60,188 nt of DNA. It comes from Bacteroidales bacterium (lineage in GTDB: Bacteria > Bacteroidota > Bacteroidia > Bacteroidales > VadinHA17). The DNA is taken from the NCBI GenBank assembly GCA_041740815.1, contig JBGSLG010000093.1, positions 1-60,188 on the forward strand. Direction: 5' to 3'. Made by a program: the position numbers and the translations under genes. This document shows, piece after piece, positions 39,065-47,851 of the stretch; position 1 is the stretch's first letter, and every line of letters starts with the position of its first letter. The notes beneath the pieces were generated by a model. The model made no database searches and was not told the origin of the DNA. It saw nothing but the letters and a program-made list of their open reading frames with translations.

Positions 39065-40360
39065 GTGATGAGAGACGAAGAGAGAGATAACGGTCTTGAG
39101 AGTCTCTTCCGCAATAAGCTGGAGGAGAACGAGCTGGTTGCCGGTAGCGACCTTACCGGCCGTCTCATGCAACGTCTCGGACGCAGGGAGTTCTTCAGAT
39201 TCAATCCCACCCGCTTTAATATATGGTATGTAACGGCAGCCGCTGCGGGCCTCATGGTGGCAGGGATCCTTCTTTTCAGCCCCTCACGGGGCGAAGCTGA
39301 GCCGGTAACGCCCCTGCAAGATACATCACAGGTCAGCGTTTCCGGGGAAGAGATCGTCACGGAAACTCCGGTAACACAGACTATTGAAACAGAACCTGTT
39401 TACGTACAGGATTTTCCTGCCGTATCTGAGACAGGCGATGCCGCCAAAGAGAAGGGGCAAGCTATCGTTAGGCATGAGCCGATAGCCACGAATGACAAAC
39501 AGGGGGAGACCATAGCCCTGAACAGGGGAGGAGCCCAGGGGCTGTCAGTGTCCGCACCCCTCTCCGATGCCTCCATTGAGCCATCGGTCACCTCCGGATG
39601 CGTTCCGCTTCACGTGAAGTTCAGCTGCAATGCCGGCGAAGGTTACACCGTCTCGTGGAGCCTGGGCGACGGTGGTACATCGTCAGAGCCAGGTCATGAC
39701 TATATCTATGATATCCCCGGAACATACCGTGTCACACTGACCCTCACCGATGAAAGACGGCGGGTCAGCACTGCAACAGAAATCATAGAAGTATGGGATA
39801 ACCCCAGGGCTGCCTTTGAGGTACGGCAGAATGACCCCTCGGGTGAAAATGACAGGGTCAACTTCGTGAACCTTTCAAGCGGGGCGGTGAACTACCTGTG
39901 GGACTTCGGCGACGGGACCTTCTCGGCGCTGGCAGACCCGTCATACAGGTATGAACGGATGGGCAGGTATGACGTCAGCCTGATGGCATACTCCGCCAAT
40001 GGCTGCGTTGACTCCGTCACCGTCAATGACCTGTTCACAGACAGGGGCATGTACCTCAGATTCCCCAATGCTTTTATACCTAACAGGGGAGGTCCCACGG
40101 GAGGTTATTACAACCAGCAGACAGACGAATATAACCAGGTGTTTCACCCGGTAGCTTCAGGGGTAGATTCGTACAATCTAAAAATATACAGCAAGTCGGG
40201 TCTTCTTGTCTTCGAAAGTGATGATATAGCTATGGGTTGGGACGGTTACAACAAAGGCCGGCTCTGCAGCCCGGGCGTTTATGTCTGGAAGGTGAGAGGC
40301 ACTTATCGCAATGGTCAAGCAATAATTATGGCAGGTGATGTTACGCTCGTAAATTACTGA
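39065..40360 (+). CDS. Anti-sigma-like membrane protein with two PKD domains and a T9SS type-B (gliding-motility-associated) C-terminal domain
   Basis: LESLFRNKLEE N-terminus plus TM; WSLGDG and WDFGDG PKD cores; FPNAFIPN..GWDG..PGVYVW..GDVTLV CTD. Confidence 0.85.
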   Translation: MMRDEERDNGLESLFRNKLEENELVAGSDLTGRLMQRLGRREFFRFNPTRFNIWYVTAAAAGLMVAGILLFSPSRGEAEPVTPLQDTSQVSVSGEEIVTETPVTQTIETEPVYVQDFPAVSETGDAAKEKGQAIVRHEPIATNDKQGETIALNRGGAQGLSVSAPLSDASIEPSVTSGCVPLHVKFSCNAGEGYTVSWSLGDGGTSSEPGHDYIYDIPGTYRVTLTLTDERRRVSTATEIIEVWDNPRAAFEVRQNDPSGENDRVNFVNLSSGAVNYLWDFGDGTFSALADPSYRYERMGRYDVSLMAYSANGCVDSVTVNDLFTDRGMYLRFPNAFIPNRGGPTGGYYNQQTDEYNQVFHPVASGVDSYNLKIYSKSGLLVFESDDIAMGWDGYNKGRLCSPGVYVWKVRGTYRNGQAIIMAGDVTLVNY

Positions 40361-40429
40361 TAATGACCATATAATTCTCGTCTGTTAATATCTTCACGGC
40401 CTGCCGTGATGATTGTTGATATCATTTGA

Positions 40430-40455
40430 TGCAACCTTCCTTGAGTTTAGCCGTA
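40430..40455 (+). promoter_or_regulatory. Putative ECF promoter TGCAAC-N16-CGTA
   Basis: Upstream of the porP-like gene; matches the other three copies. Confidence 0.5.
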
Positions 40456-40492
40456 TAATTAGCTACTTTGTGTATAACTAAAAGGATCCGGA

Positions 40493-41494
40493 TTGCCCTC
40501 AAGTACTAAATATCTGATTGGCCTGCTTCTCACAATCTCGGTTTTCACTCAGGGTCAGGACCCCCAGTTTTCTCAATTCTATGCTAACCAGCTTTACCTT
40601 GCGCCCTCTTTTGCAGGTGCCACGGAAGATTACCGCATAGCACTCAACTGGCGTAATCAGTGGCCCTCGATCCCCGGTGTATTCCATACCTACAGCTTCT
40701 CATTCGACAAGGCAGTCCCCAACTTCAACTCCGGCATCGGAATCCTCGCCACACATGACGTGGCAGGCTCAGGCGATCTCAGCACCACGAACTTAGGCCT
40801 GCTCTACTCATATGACATCCAGTTGAACGATGAATGGCATCTAAGACCGGGTGTGAACTTCAAGTTCATCTACCTCGGACTGGACCTTATGAAACTGACA
40901 TGGAACAGCCAGATAACAACAGGAGGGACCCTGCCGCCGATCACCCCGCCACCGTTCGATAACGTGGCTGACATAGACTTCGCAGTATCCGGACTTGCAT
41001 ATAACGATAAGATTTGGGGAGGATTCACCGTTGACCACCTGCTAAGGCCACGCACCTCGTTCTGGGGCAATAACAGCTCCGTTCCCATAAAGGTCGATTT
41101 CTTCGGCGGATTCCAGCTCATCAGTCGCGGACGACTCAGGAAGAAACTCACAGAGGTGATGTCGGTCGCTGCCAATGTAACTTTCCAGGGCGACTTCTAC
41201 CAGTCAGACATAGGCCTTTATTACTTCAAGCACCCGCTGGTCTTCGGCGTGTGGTACCGCGGTATCCCCTTCGCCACTGCCAAGGATGTCTCCTCACAGG
41301 CAGGAGATGCAATCATTGGAATGATAGGCATCAAGACCGACGATCTGAATATCGGACTGAGCTATGATTTTACCATCTCCAACCTGATTACCTCCACCGG
41401 CGGCGCCTACGAAATATCACTCATCTATTCGTTCACCTCAGAACAGGTGAAGCGTGGCCAGAAGATCCACGCCATCCCCTGTCCCGAGTTCTGA
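40493..41494 (+). CDS. T9SS PorP/SprF family membrane protein
   Basis: QDPQFSQFY..YLAPSFAG, WRNQW, GVWYRG, SYDFTISNL..GGAYEISL. Confidence 0.93.
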   Translation: MPSSTKYLIGLLLTISVFTQGQDPQFSQFYANQLYLAPSFAGATEDYRIALNWRNQWPSIPGVFHTYSFSFDKAVPNFNSGIGILATHDVAGSGDLSTTNLGLLYSYDIQLNDEWHLRPGVNFKFIYLGLDLMKLTWNSQITTGGTLPPITPPPFDNVADIDFAVSGLAYNDKIWGGFTVDHLLRPRTSFWGNNSSVPIKVDFFGGFQLISRGRLRKKLTEVMSVAANVTFQGDFYQSDIGLYYFKHPLVFGVWYRGIPFATAKDVSSQAGDAIIGMIGIKTDDLNIGLSYDFTISNLITSTGGAYEISLIYSFTSEQVKRGQKIHAIPCPEF

Positions 41495-41599
41495 CAATCG
41501 CCACACCTTTCCGCAACCCCCGTTTCATTCTGCTGATTGATATTTAAAATTTGTGTATGTTTGTGCAACAATTTGTTGAACCATAACCTAATTTCCAAG

Positions 41600-42202
41600 A
41601 TGAATAAATTATCTCTTTTAAAGAACACCCTGATAGTTTCAGCGCTGGTCGTTGGCGGAATGCTCGTCACCGGCGGATGCAACAAGACCGGAACCGTGAC
41701 TGCCGACGGCAAGTCTGCAGAGGCGAAGGGCGGCATCGTTTTCGTTGAACTCGACTCCGTCATCGCCAATTTTGTCATGGCACAGGACAAGTCGACTGAG
41801 CTCGAGGAGAAGTCCAGAAACTCGGAAGCCGAGCTCACTGCCAAGTCGCAGTCATTTGACCGTGACGTCAGGGATTACCAGAACAAAGCCCAGAAGGGAC
41901 TCATCACAAGGGCCACCGCCGCCGAGATGGAGCAGACACTTGCCCAGCAGCAGCAGAACCTTATCGCCCTGCGAGACCAGATGGCTTATAGCCTGAATGA
42001 GGAGGGTGTTGTAGCCCAGAGGCAGGTGCTTGAGTATATCAACCAGTACCTGGCTGAATTCAATGCTGAGCACGGATATCAGTATATCCTGGCCAGGCAG
42101 TTCCCGGGCCCTATCCTGTACAGCGATTCAACTCTGGATATTACAGCTGCGGTTGTTGCAGGACTGAATGAGAAATACAACTCAGAAAAAAGCACGAAAT
42201 AA
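41600..42202 (+). CDS. OmpH/Skp-family lipoprotein
   Basis: Lipobox TGGC; IVFVELDS; LDITAAVVAGLNEKY; start placed at ATG 41600. Confidence 0.85.
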   Translation: MNKLSLLKNTLIVSALVVGGMLVTGGCNKTGTVTADGKSAEAKGGIVFVELDSVIANFVMAQDKSTELEEKSRNSEAELTAKSQSFDRDVRDYQNKAQKGLITRATAAEMEQTLAQQQQNLIALRDQMAYSLNEEGVVAQRQVLEYINQYLAEFNAEHGYQYILARQFPGPILYSDSTLDITAAVVAGLNEKYNSEKSTK

Positions 42203-42204
42203 CT

Positions 42205-42621
42205 TCAGTCACCTGAAGGCTTCGGAGCCCGCTTCACGGCGGGCTTCGCTGTTTTAGACACCTTGCGGTCACGCCTGATCTTGCGTTCCTCTACCGGGGT
42301 GACGATGATGAACAGGTCTTCGTCGGGTCTCTTCATCCGGTACTGCTCGCGGGCATACTTCTCGAGGTTCTCGTTGCTGGTCCTGAGCTCGTTCAGCTTC
42401 CTGCGGTCCTCCTCGATGCGCGTCATGTAGTACTCCTTCTCACGTTCCAGCCTGTTGCGCGTCCTCACCTCGCGGGCGCGCGAGATCAGGTTATTGGGAT
42501 CAAGCAATATGATCCACACAAGGAAGATGAGTATGGTAAGAACGTACCTGTTCTTCATCCATGCGGGCATCCTGTCGCGCAGGGCTGCCAGAGTGAACCG
42601 CTGCCAGAAATCTGCCTTCAA
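42205..42621 (-). CDS. ftsB: FtsB/DivIC septum formation initiator
   Basis: KNRY + TM + coiled coil, LEKYAREQYRMKRPDEDLF; start uncertain (TTG 42621 or a later ATG). Confidence 0.85.
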   Translation of the reverse strand: MKADFWQRFTLAALRDRMPAWMKNRYVLTILIFLVWIILLDPNNLISRAREVRTRNRLEREKEYYMTRIEEDRRKLNELRTSNENLEKYAREQYRMKRPDEDLFIIVTPVEERKIRRDRKVSKTAKPAVKRAPKPSGD

Positions 42622-42651
42622 AGTGTTACCGGGTCAATAGTTATAATTATT

Positions 42652-42756
42652 CTCATCCTCCGCTCTTCTTCCGCTCTTCTTCCGCTCATCTTCCGCTCAT
42701 CTTCCGCTCATCCTCCGCTCATCCTCCGCTCATCCTCCGCTCATCCTCCGCTCATC
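42652..42756 (-). repeat. 11-bp VNTR x9.5 (ATGAGCGGAGG) built from the thiS 3' end
   Basis: + strand units CTCATCCTCCG / CTCATCTTCCG / CTCTTCTTCCG. Confidence 0.95.
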
Positions 42757-42944
42757 AGATAGATCACCTGTACGGTGTCACCGTCATTTATCACCTCTTC
42801 ACCATAACTGTCACGGTCAATGATACGACCGTTGATCTTTACAATCCTGAGCCTGAAGGTATATCTCTTCAGTTCAAGCAGCTTCTCCACCGTGATGCTC
42901 TCACCGTCAAGGGGCAATGGTTCATTGTTAAGGGTGATGTTCAT
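42741..42944 (-). CDS. thiS: ThiS/MoaD family sulfur carrier
   Basis: 67 aa beta-grasp protein, VKING..I, INDGDTV, C-terminal GG; start placed at ATG 42944. Confidence 0.88.
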   Translation of the reverse strand: MNITLNNEPLPLDGESITVEKLLELKRYTFRLRIVKINGRIIDRDSYGEEVINDGDTVQVIYLMSGG

Positions 42945-42988
42945 TTCGTCAGTGGTCGGTGCCTGGTTCCGGAAGGGCAAATATAGTT

Positions 42989-43230
42989 GAAAGTCTGGAA
43001 AGTCTAAAGTCTGTAAAGTTGAAAGTCTGAAGGTCCCGATACACTTCGTTATCGGGATTTCGGCTCCGCAAAAGGGCGGAGCCTCAATCTGAAGTCTGAT
43101 GGTCTGTCGCCCCGCTCTGCGCGGCTCCGTCCTGCGGTCTTGCAGTCTTGCGGTCTAAGTAACAGATTCTTAATTCTTAATTTTAACTATTGCCTATTGC
43201 CTATCGCCTATTGCCTATTGCCTATTGCCT
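42989..43230. repeat. Mosaic short-tandem-repeat element, locus C, with two REP-like palindromes
   Basis: AAAGTCT, GGTCTTGC, TTCTTAA and (CTATTGC)x6 units; hairpins at 43034-43057 and 43062-43083. Confidence 0.88.
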
Positions 43231-43334
43231 GACCCGATCGGCAATCCGCTGCATATTGACTATTATCATTAGAATGTGGATATTTATACTCGTAATTTGT
43301 AATTGACACTTAAAAACCTTTTATACCAAACATA

Positions 43335-45488
43335 ATGGATATCAGCGAAATCAAATCAAAGCACAGGCTTCTGAACAGATGGAACTACACATGGACCCCT
43401 CTCTCAAAAGGGTATACTGACAAAACACTCTATATCAACGTCGGTACCACGGAGATAAAGGAGAAGGATGTCCCCCAGGCGATGAAGGAGAAATTCATCG
43501 GAGGGAAAGGCTACGGCCTCCGTTACCTGTGGGATGCTACCAGGCCGGACACCAGGTGGGATGATCCGGAGAATGAGATCGTCATCTCCTCCGGGCCGAT
43601 AGGCGGCATAACCCAGTACTCCGGCAGCGGGAAGTCGCTTGTGGTGACTATCTCACCGCAGACTGACTCGGTCATTGACAGCAACGTGGGAGGCTTCTTC
43701 GGACCTTTCCTGAAGTTCTCGGGCTTCGATGCCATTGAGCTGCAGGGAAAAGCCACAGCTGACGTGATTGTGTTCATCAACGGCGTGGATCATTATGTCG
43801 AGATCTTCGAGGCACCGGCCGAGGCGCTTGACACCCATGTGCTGGCCGAGCAGCTGACAGACATGTTTGCTGATAACGAAAATGACCGCAGGAATATCGG
43901 TATCGTCTCCACCGGCTCAGCAGCTGATAATTCTCTCATCGGAATGCTTAACTTCACCTTCTACGATCCCAAGCGCAAAAAGATAAGACTGAAACAGGCC
44001 GGTCGCGGCGGCATCGGCACCGTCTTCCGCAACAAGAAGATCAAAGCCATCGTATGCAAGATCCCGGGAGTCAAGGGTAACCTCAACAACGTCGTTGACC
44101 TCGAGGCTATCCAGGAGCGCGGCCGCCGCTTCAACCGTGAGATGCGCGAGCTCGATGACAAACAGTGCAAGATGCGTCAGATAGGTACTGCCCACCTGAT
44201 GGAGATAATGGATGACCATGATCTGCTGCCCACCCATAATTATAAATTCGGGTCACATAAAGACTCTCCCAAAATTGACTCCGGCGTGTGGAAGTCATTT
44301 TTCACACAGAACATACCTGATGGCTGCTGGATAGGATGTAACATGGCTTGCGCAAAGGCGATAGACGACTTTGTAATATCTACCGGCCCCTATAAGGGAC
44401 AAACGGTAATTGTTGACGGCCCGGAGTATGAGACAGCTGCCGGCCTCGGCTCCAACGGCGGCTTCTTTGACCCGCGCTATATAATCGAGACGAACTTCTA
44501 CTGTGATACATACGGCATCTGCACAATCACATGGGGCACCAGCCTGGCATTTATCCAGGAGTGCTACCAGAATGGCATCCTGAATAAGGAACGCACCGGA
44601 GGCCTTGAACTGACCTTTGGCAATATTCCTCCTGCCCTGGAGCTGCTGCACCAGGTATCACGCGGGGAGGGTTTCGGACTGACCGCCGGACAGGGCATCC
44701 GCCGTATGAAGAAGATATTTGCAGAGAAAGGCTGGGGCGACCCGCAGTTCATGCAGGATATCGGAATGGAAAACAAGGGCCTCGAGTACTCACAGTACAT
44801 GTCGAAGGAATCGCTGGCACAGCAGGGCGGATATGCCATGACCAACAAAGGACCTCAGCACGACGAGGCATGGCTGATTTTCATGGATATGGTCAATAAC
44901 CAGATACCCACATTCGAGAACAAGGCCGAAGCCCTTCATTACTTCCCGATGTTCCGCACATGGTTCGGCCTTGTGGGATTATGCAAGCTGCCGTGGAACG
45001 ATGTTGAGCCTGAGACCAACGCCCAGACCGACGAGCCGGCAAAGGTACCTGAACATGTAGACAACTATGTGACAATCTATAAGGCTGTCACCGGCAGACC
45101 GTTTGATAAGCAAAGGCTGGTGGAGGACTCCGAAAGGGTATATAACTTCCAGCGGGTCTTTAATATCCGCCGTGGCTATGGTCGCCGCAAGGACGATGAC
45201 CAGCCGTACCGCGCATGCGGACCTGTGACATCCGAGGAGTATCTTTCACGTGAGGAACGCTATGACAAGCAACTGAAGGAGAAAGTCGGCTTCGACCCTG
45301 AAGGAAAGAGCCTGGAGGAGAAGATGAGCGTAATGAGACAGTTCCGCGAAAAACAGTACGACCTGCTTCGCGATGCGGTTTATAAACGCCGCGGATGGAA
45401 CAACAACGGCATCCCTACCGTTGAACACCTGAAGAAGATCGGAATGGATCTTCCCGAGGTGATAGAGGTGGTAAGCAACCTTCAGTAA
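43335..45488 (+). CDS. Aldehyde:ferredoxin oxidoreductase family (W/Mo-pterin) protein
   Basis: FIGGKGYG, ISPQT..DSNVGG, AGRGGIG...KKIKAI, GPEYET, KGLE, GPQH, YKRRGW..GIP. Confidence 0.92.
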   Translation: MDISEIKSKHRLLNRWNYTWTPLSKGYTDKTLYINVGTTEIKEKDVPQAMKEKFIGGKGYGLRYLWDATRPDTRWDDPENEIVISSGPIGGITQYSGSGKSLVVTISPQTDSVIDSNVGGFFGPFLKFSGFDAIELQGKATADVIVFINGVDHYVEIFEAPAEALDTHVLAEQLTDMFADNENDRRNIGIVSTGSAADNSLIGMLNFTFYDPKRKKIRLKQAGRGGIGTVFRNKKIKAIVCKIPGVKGNLNNVVDLEAIQERGRRFNREMRELDDKQCKMRQIGTAHLMEIMDDHDLLPTHNYKFGSHKDSPKIDSGVWKSFFTQNIPDGCWIGCNMACAKAIDDFVISTGPYKGQTVIVDGPEYETAAGLGSNGGFFDPRYIIETNFYCDTYGICTITWGTSLAFIQECYQNGILNKERTGGLELTFGNIPPALELLHQVSRGEGFGLTAGQGIRRMKKIFAEKGWGDPQFMQDIGMENKGLEYSQYMSKESLAQQGGYAMTNKGPQHDEAWLIFMDMVNNQIPTFENKAEALHYFPMFRTWFGLVGLCKLPWNDVEPETNAQTDEPAKVPEHVDNYVTIYKAVTGRPFDKQRLVEDSERVYNFQRVFNIRRGYGRRKDDDQPYRACGPVTSEEYLSREERYDKQLKEKVGFDPEGKSLEEKMSVMRQFREKQYDLLRDAVYKRRGWNNNGIPTVEHLKKIGMDLPEVIEVVSNLQ

Positions 45489-45513
45489 TCACGTAATATT
45501 GTTGAATGAAATT

Positions 45514-45548
45514 TGCAGAGGTATGAGTTACTGCGCCTCTGCATTTTT
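45514..45548. terminator. Putative bidirectional terminator
   Basis: TGCAGAGG..CCTCTGCA followed by T5, between convergent genes. Confidence 0.65.
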
Positions 45549-47074
45549 CATTTGTTGTATTTTGAACTGCTGAACGCTTTCTCAATCTGGTCCTGAGCAT
45601 CGACAGGATTGGTCAGCGGCATCTCCGTGTTGAAGAGCTCATAATCGAGCAGCTTCGCCTTCTTGCTTTTCTCAAAGTTGGGCAGCTTGGTGCGGTTGGT
45701 GGTCTCTATATGGTTACCCTTCCCGTCAACAATTATGATCTTGGGCAGAAAGACCCCTTTCCTGCCTATGAAGTTGTCCATGATCTTCATGGCTTCACCG
45801 TACTCCTCCCTTGTGGCCCTTCCCAGAGCTTCATACATCATTATCTTCTTGTGATCCCAGGTAATGACGCTGGCATAGCTCTCTGATATCATATTGTCAA
45901 TGGGGCAGTCCAGGTTCAGGGTGTCATGCCCAGACGGCATAAGTACAACCTTACCGCCTCCGCCTTCGATGTTGGCCGCATAACGCGGCATGGTGATGCC
46001 GCTTATCCATCCCTGCAGGTGTTTCATGTAAATCTTGCCTACCTGTATGGGCGTAATGAAATGCACTATCCCCCTCTCCTTGTGGCACTGGAGCAGATAG
46101 TAGGGATGCACCCCTATCCAGAACATCCTTCTGAATGTCTCTGCAAGAGTACGGAAGTTGTCATTGACATGATTGAGGAGCACCGTCTGGTTCCGAACCG
46201 TGAAGCCATGCGATGTGATCTTCTTCACCGCCGCAGCCATTTCAGGGGTTATCTCCTGATAGTGGTTGATGTGGGTCATGAAATAGACATACTTATCCGG
46301 GCCCTTGTTGAACCTGTTGGCCGAAACCCTGATCAGGTCAAGCAACTCCCCGGTGATGAGCATGGGAAGTACCACCGGCACCCTGGTGGCAATCCTGATG
46401 GCTCTCAGGTGAGGTATGCGGCTGAGCTCCTCCAGGATGTACTTCAGCCTCTTATTGCTGATCATCAGAGCATCACCGCCGGTGACAAGCACCTCGTTGA
46501 TGTTCCTGTTGTACCCGATATAAAATATACCCTTATCCACCTCCCTGCTGTTGACGTCGGCGGAGGTGTCAAGCGACTTGGCGCGCTGGCAGTGTACACA
46601 GTAGGAAGCACAGCTGGTGTTCTCGGCGACAAAAAGCGCCACCCTGTTCGGATAGCGTTGATAAGCAGCACCGTAGCTGCGTGAACCTTCACTCATGGCT
46701 CCCTCAACCCCGGCGTCGGGAAACATCAGGTTGGCAGGTGTGGGCACACTCTGCCAGAATATGGGATCAATACGCTTCAGCGACACCTCCCCGAAAAATT
46801 CCGGGTTGAATGGGTCTTCCTGCATCAGTGATGCATAGTAGGGTGTGATCCTCAAGGGTTCCTTGCCCTCAGTCCTGAGAGTGCCGATGGTTCTCCTTAT
46901 CTCTTCCTCCTGGTATTGGCTGAGCTTAATGACCTTCTTCAGCTGGTCTACTGACCGTATCGAGTTCTTTTTCTGCCACGACGGATCATTCCATTGCTCA
47001 TCCGTCACCTCTTTCCATAATTCAATTGTCTTGTGATCACGGGGATGGTATAAAAAGTCTGCGTTACTGTTCAT
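45548..47074 (-). CDS. KamA-family radical SAM / PLP aminomutase, substrate unknown
   Basis: WQKKNSI, ITPYY, RYPNRV, CASYCVHCQR, TGGDAL, NQTVLL, GGGGK; ATG 47074 preceded by AAGGAGG. Confidence 0.9.
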   Translation of the reverse strand: MNSNADFLYHPRDHKTIELWKEVTDEQWNDPSWQKKNSIRSVDQLKKVIKLSQYQEEEIRRTIGTLRTEGKEPLRITPYYASLMQEDPFNPEFFGEVSLKRIDPIFWQSVPTPANLMFPDAGVEGAMSEGSRSYGAAYQRYPNRVALFVAENTSCASYCVHCQRAKSLDTSADVNSREVDKGIFYIGYNRNINEVLVTGGDALMISNKRLKYILEELSRIPHLRAIRIATRVPVVLPMLITGELLDLIRVSANRFNKGPDKYVYFMTHINHYQEITPEMAAAVKKITSHGFTVRNQTVLLNHVNDNFRTLAETFRRMFWIGVHPYYLLQCHKERGIVHFITPIQVGKIYMKHLQGWISGITMPRYAANIEGGGGKVVLMPSGHDTLNLDCPIDNMISESYASVITWDHKKIMMYEALGRATREEYGEAMKIMDNFIGRKGVFLPKIIIVDGKGNHIETTNRTKLPNFEKSKKAKLLDYELFNTEMPLTNPVDAQDQIEKAFSSSKYNK

Positions 47075-47220
47075 CAGCTCCTCCTTTTTAGAAATGTTAA
47101 TATTATTATTCCACACGCAGAATAACAAATATAGCATTTTCTCCGGATTTCGGCCATGGGGGATGAGACACCAATCCCTTCCGGGCTACCTGCCAGGGTC
47201 AGTTCACTACTGCCTGTTGA

Positions 47221-47847
47221 CTATTTCACATTGCCTTTCTGATCGAGCTTGTCCTGCAGCTCCTTCAGCTCATCCCACCTGCCTTCATTCAGCAACAGCG
47301 CCTGGTGCGGCCAGCTCTCTGGATTGTGAATCCGGAACCGCTCACCGCCGTCTTTTAACAGGATCTCCATCAGGTAGGAGGGAGCGCTCTCTGACAGAGC
47401 CTTCCACGTAGTAATCCCGCGGTTGATGAGCAGCCTAGCAATCTTTGGACCTATGCCAATCACCACTTTAAGATCATCCTGAACCACTTTAGCCAGAGGC
47501 AGCACCACTGCCCTGGCAACAGGTTGACTTACATTAAGCCTGATCTCATTCTCAAGCTTATCTATCGTTAGTTTCAGGCTTGCGATCTCATCATCCATAC
47601 GCCGGACATCTGCATGAAGAGAAAGCTTCTCTTCTTCCAGCTGCCTGGCACCAGCCTGAAGAGAGAGTTTGTCCTCCTCAAGAGTGCGTATCTTCTTTTC
47701 AAGCCTTGCTATCTCCTCGTCAAGGACTGCTATCTTCTTCCGGCACCTCTCTTTTGAGAGGTAGTGGCCGATAAGAAAGCCCAGGAGTGCCGCAATAAGC
47801 AGCACAATGACAATAAACAGCAAATCTGCTGCAAAACGTTCTGCCAT
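47221..47847 (-). CDS. Membrane-anchored coiled-coil protein with C-terminal helix-hairpin-helix (DUF4332-like)
   Basis: N-terminal TM; DDLKVVIGIGPKI..L...GITTW; WPHQA. Confidence 0.75.
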   Translation of the reverse strand: MAERFAADLLFIVIVLLIAALLGFLIGHYLSKERCRKKIAVLDEEIARLEKKIRTLEEDKLSLQAGARQLEEEKLSLHADVRRMDDEIASLKLTIDKLENEIRLNVSQPVARAVVLPLAKVVQDDLKVVIGIGPKIARLLINRGITTWKALSESAPSYLMEILLKDGGERFRIHNPESWPHQALLLNEGRWDELKELQDKLDQKGNVK

Positions 47848-47851
47848 AACA

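Noticed and set aside
42741..42743. Selenocysteine or readthrough at the thiS TGA
   Set aside because: Sulfur carriers need a free C-terminal Gly-Gly, and no SECIS-like hairpin is evident in the purine-rich repeat
45548..47074. Assigning kamA or epmB
   Set aside because: The lysine-binding aspartates are absent and there is no supporting gene context
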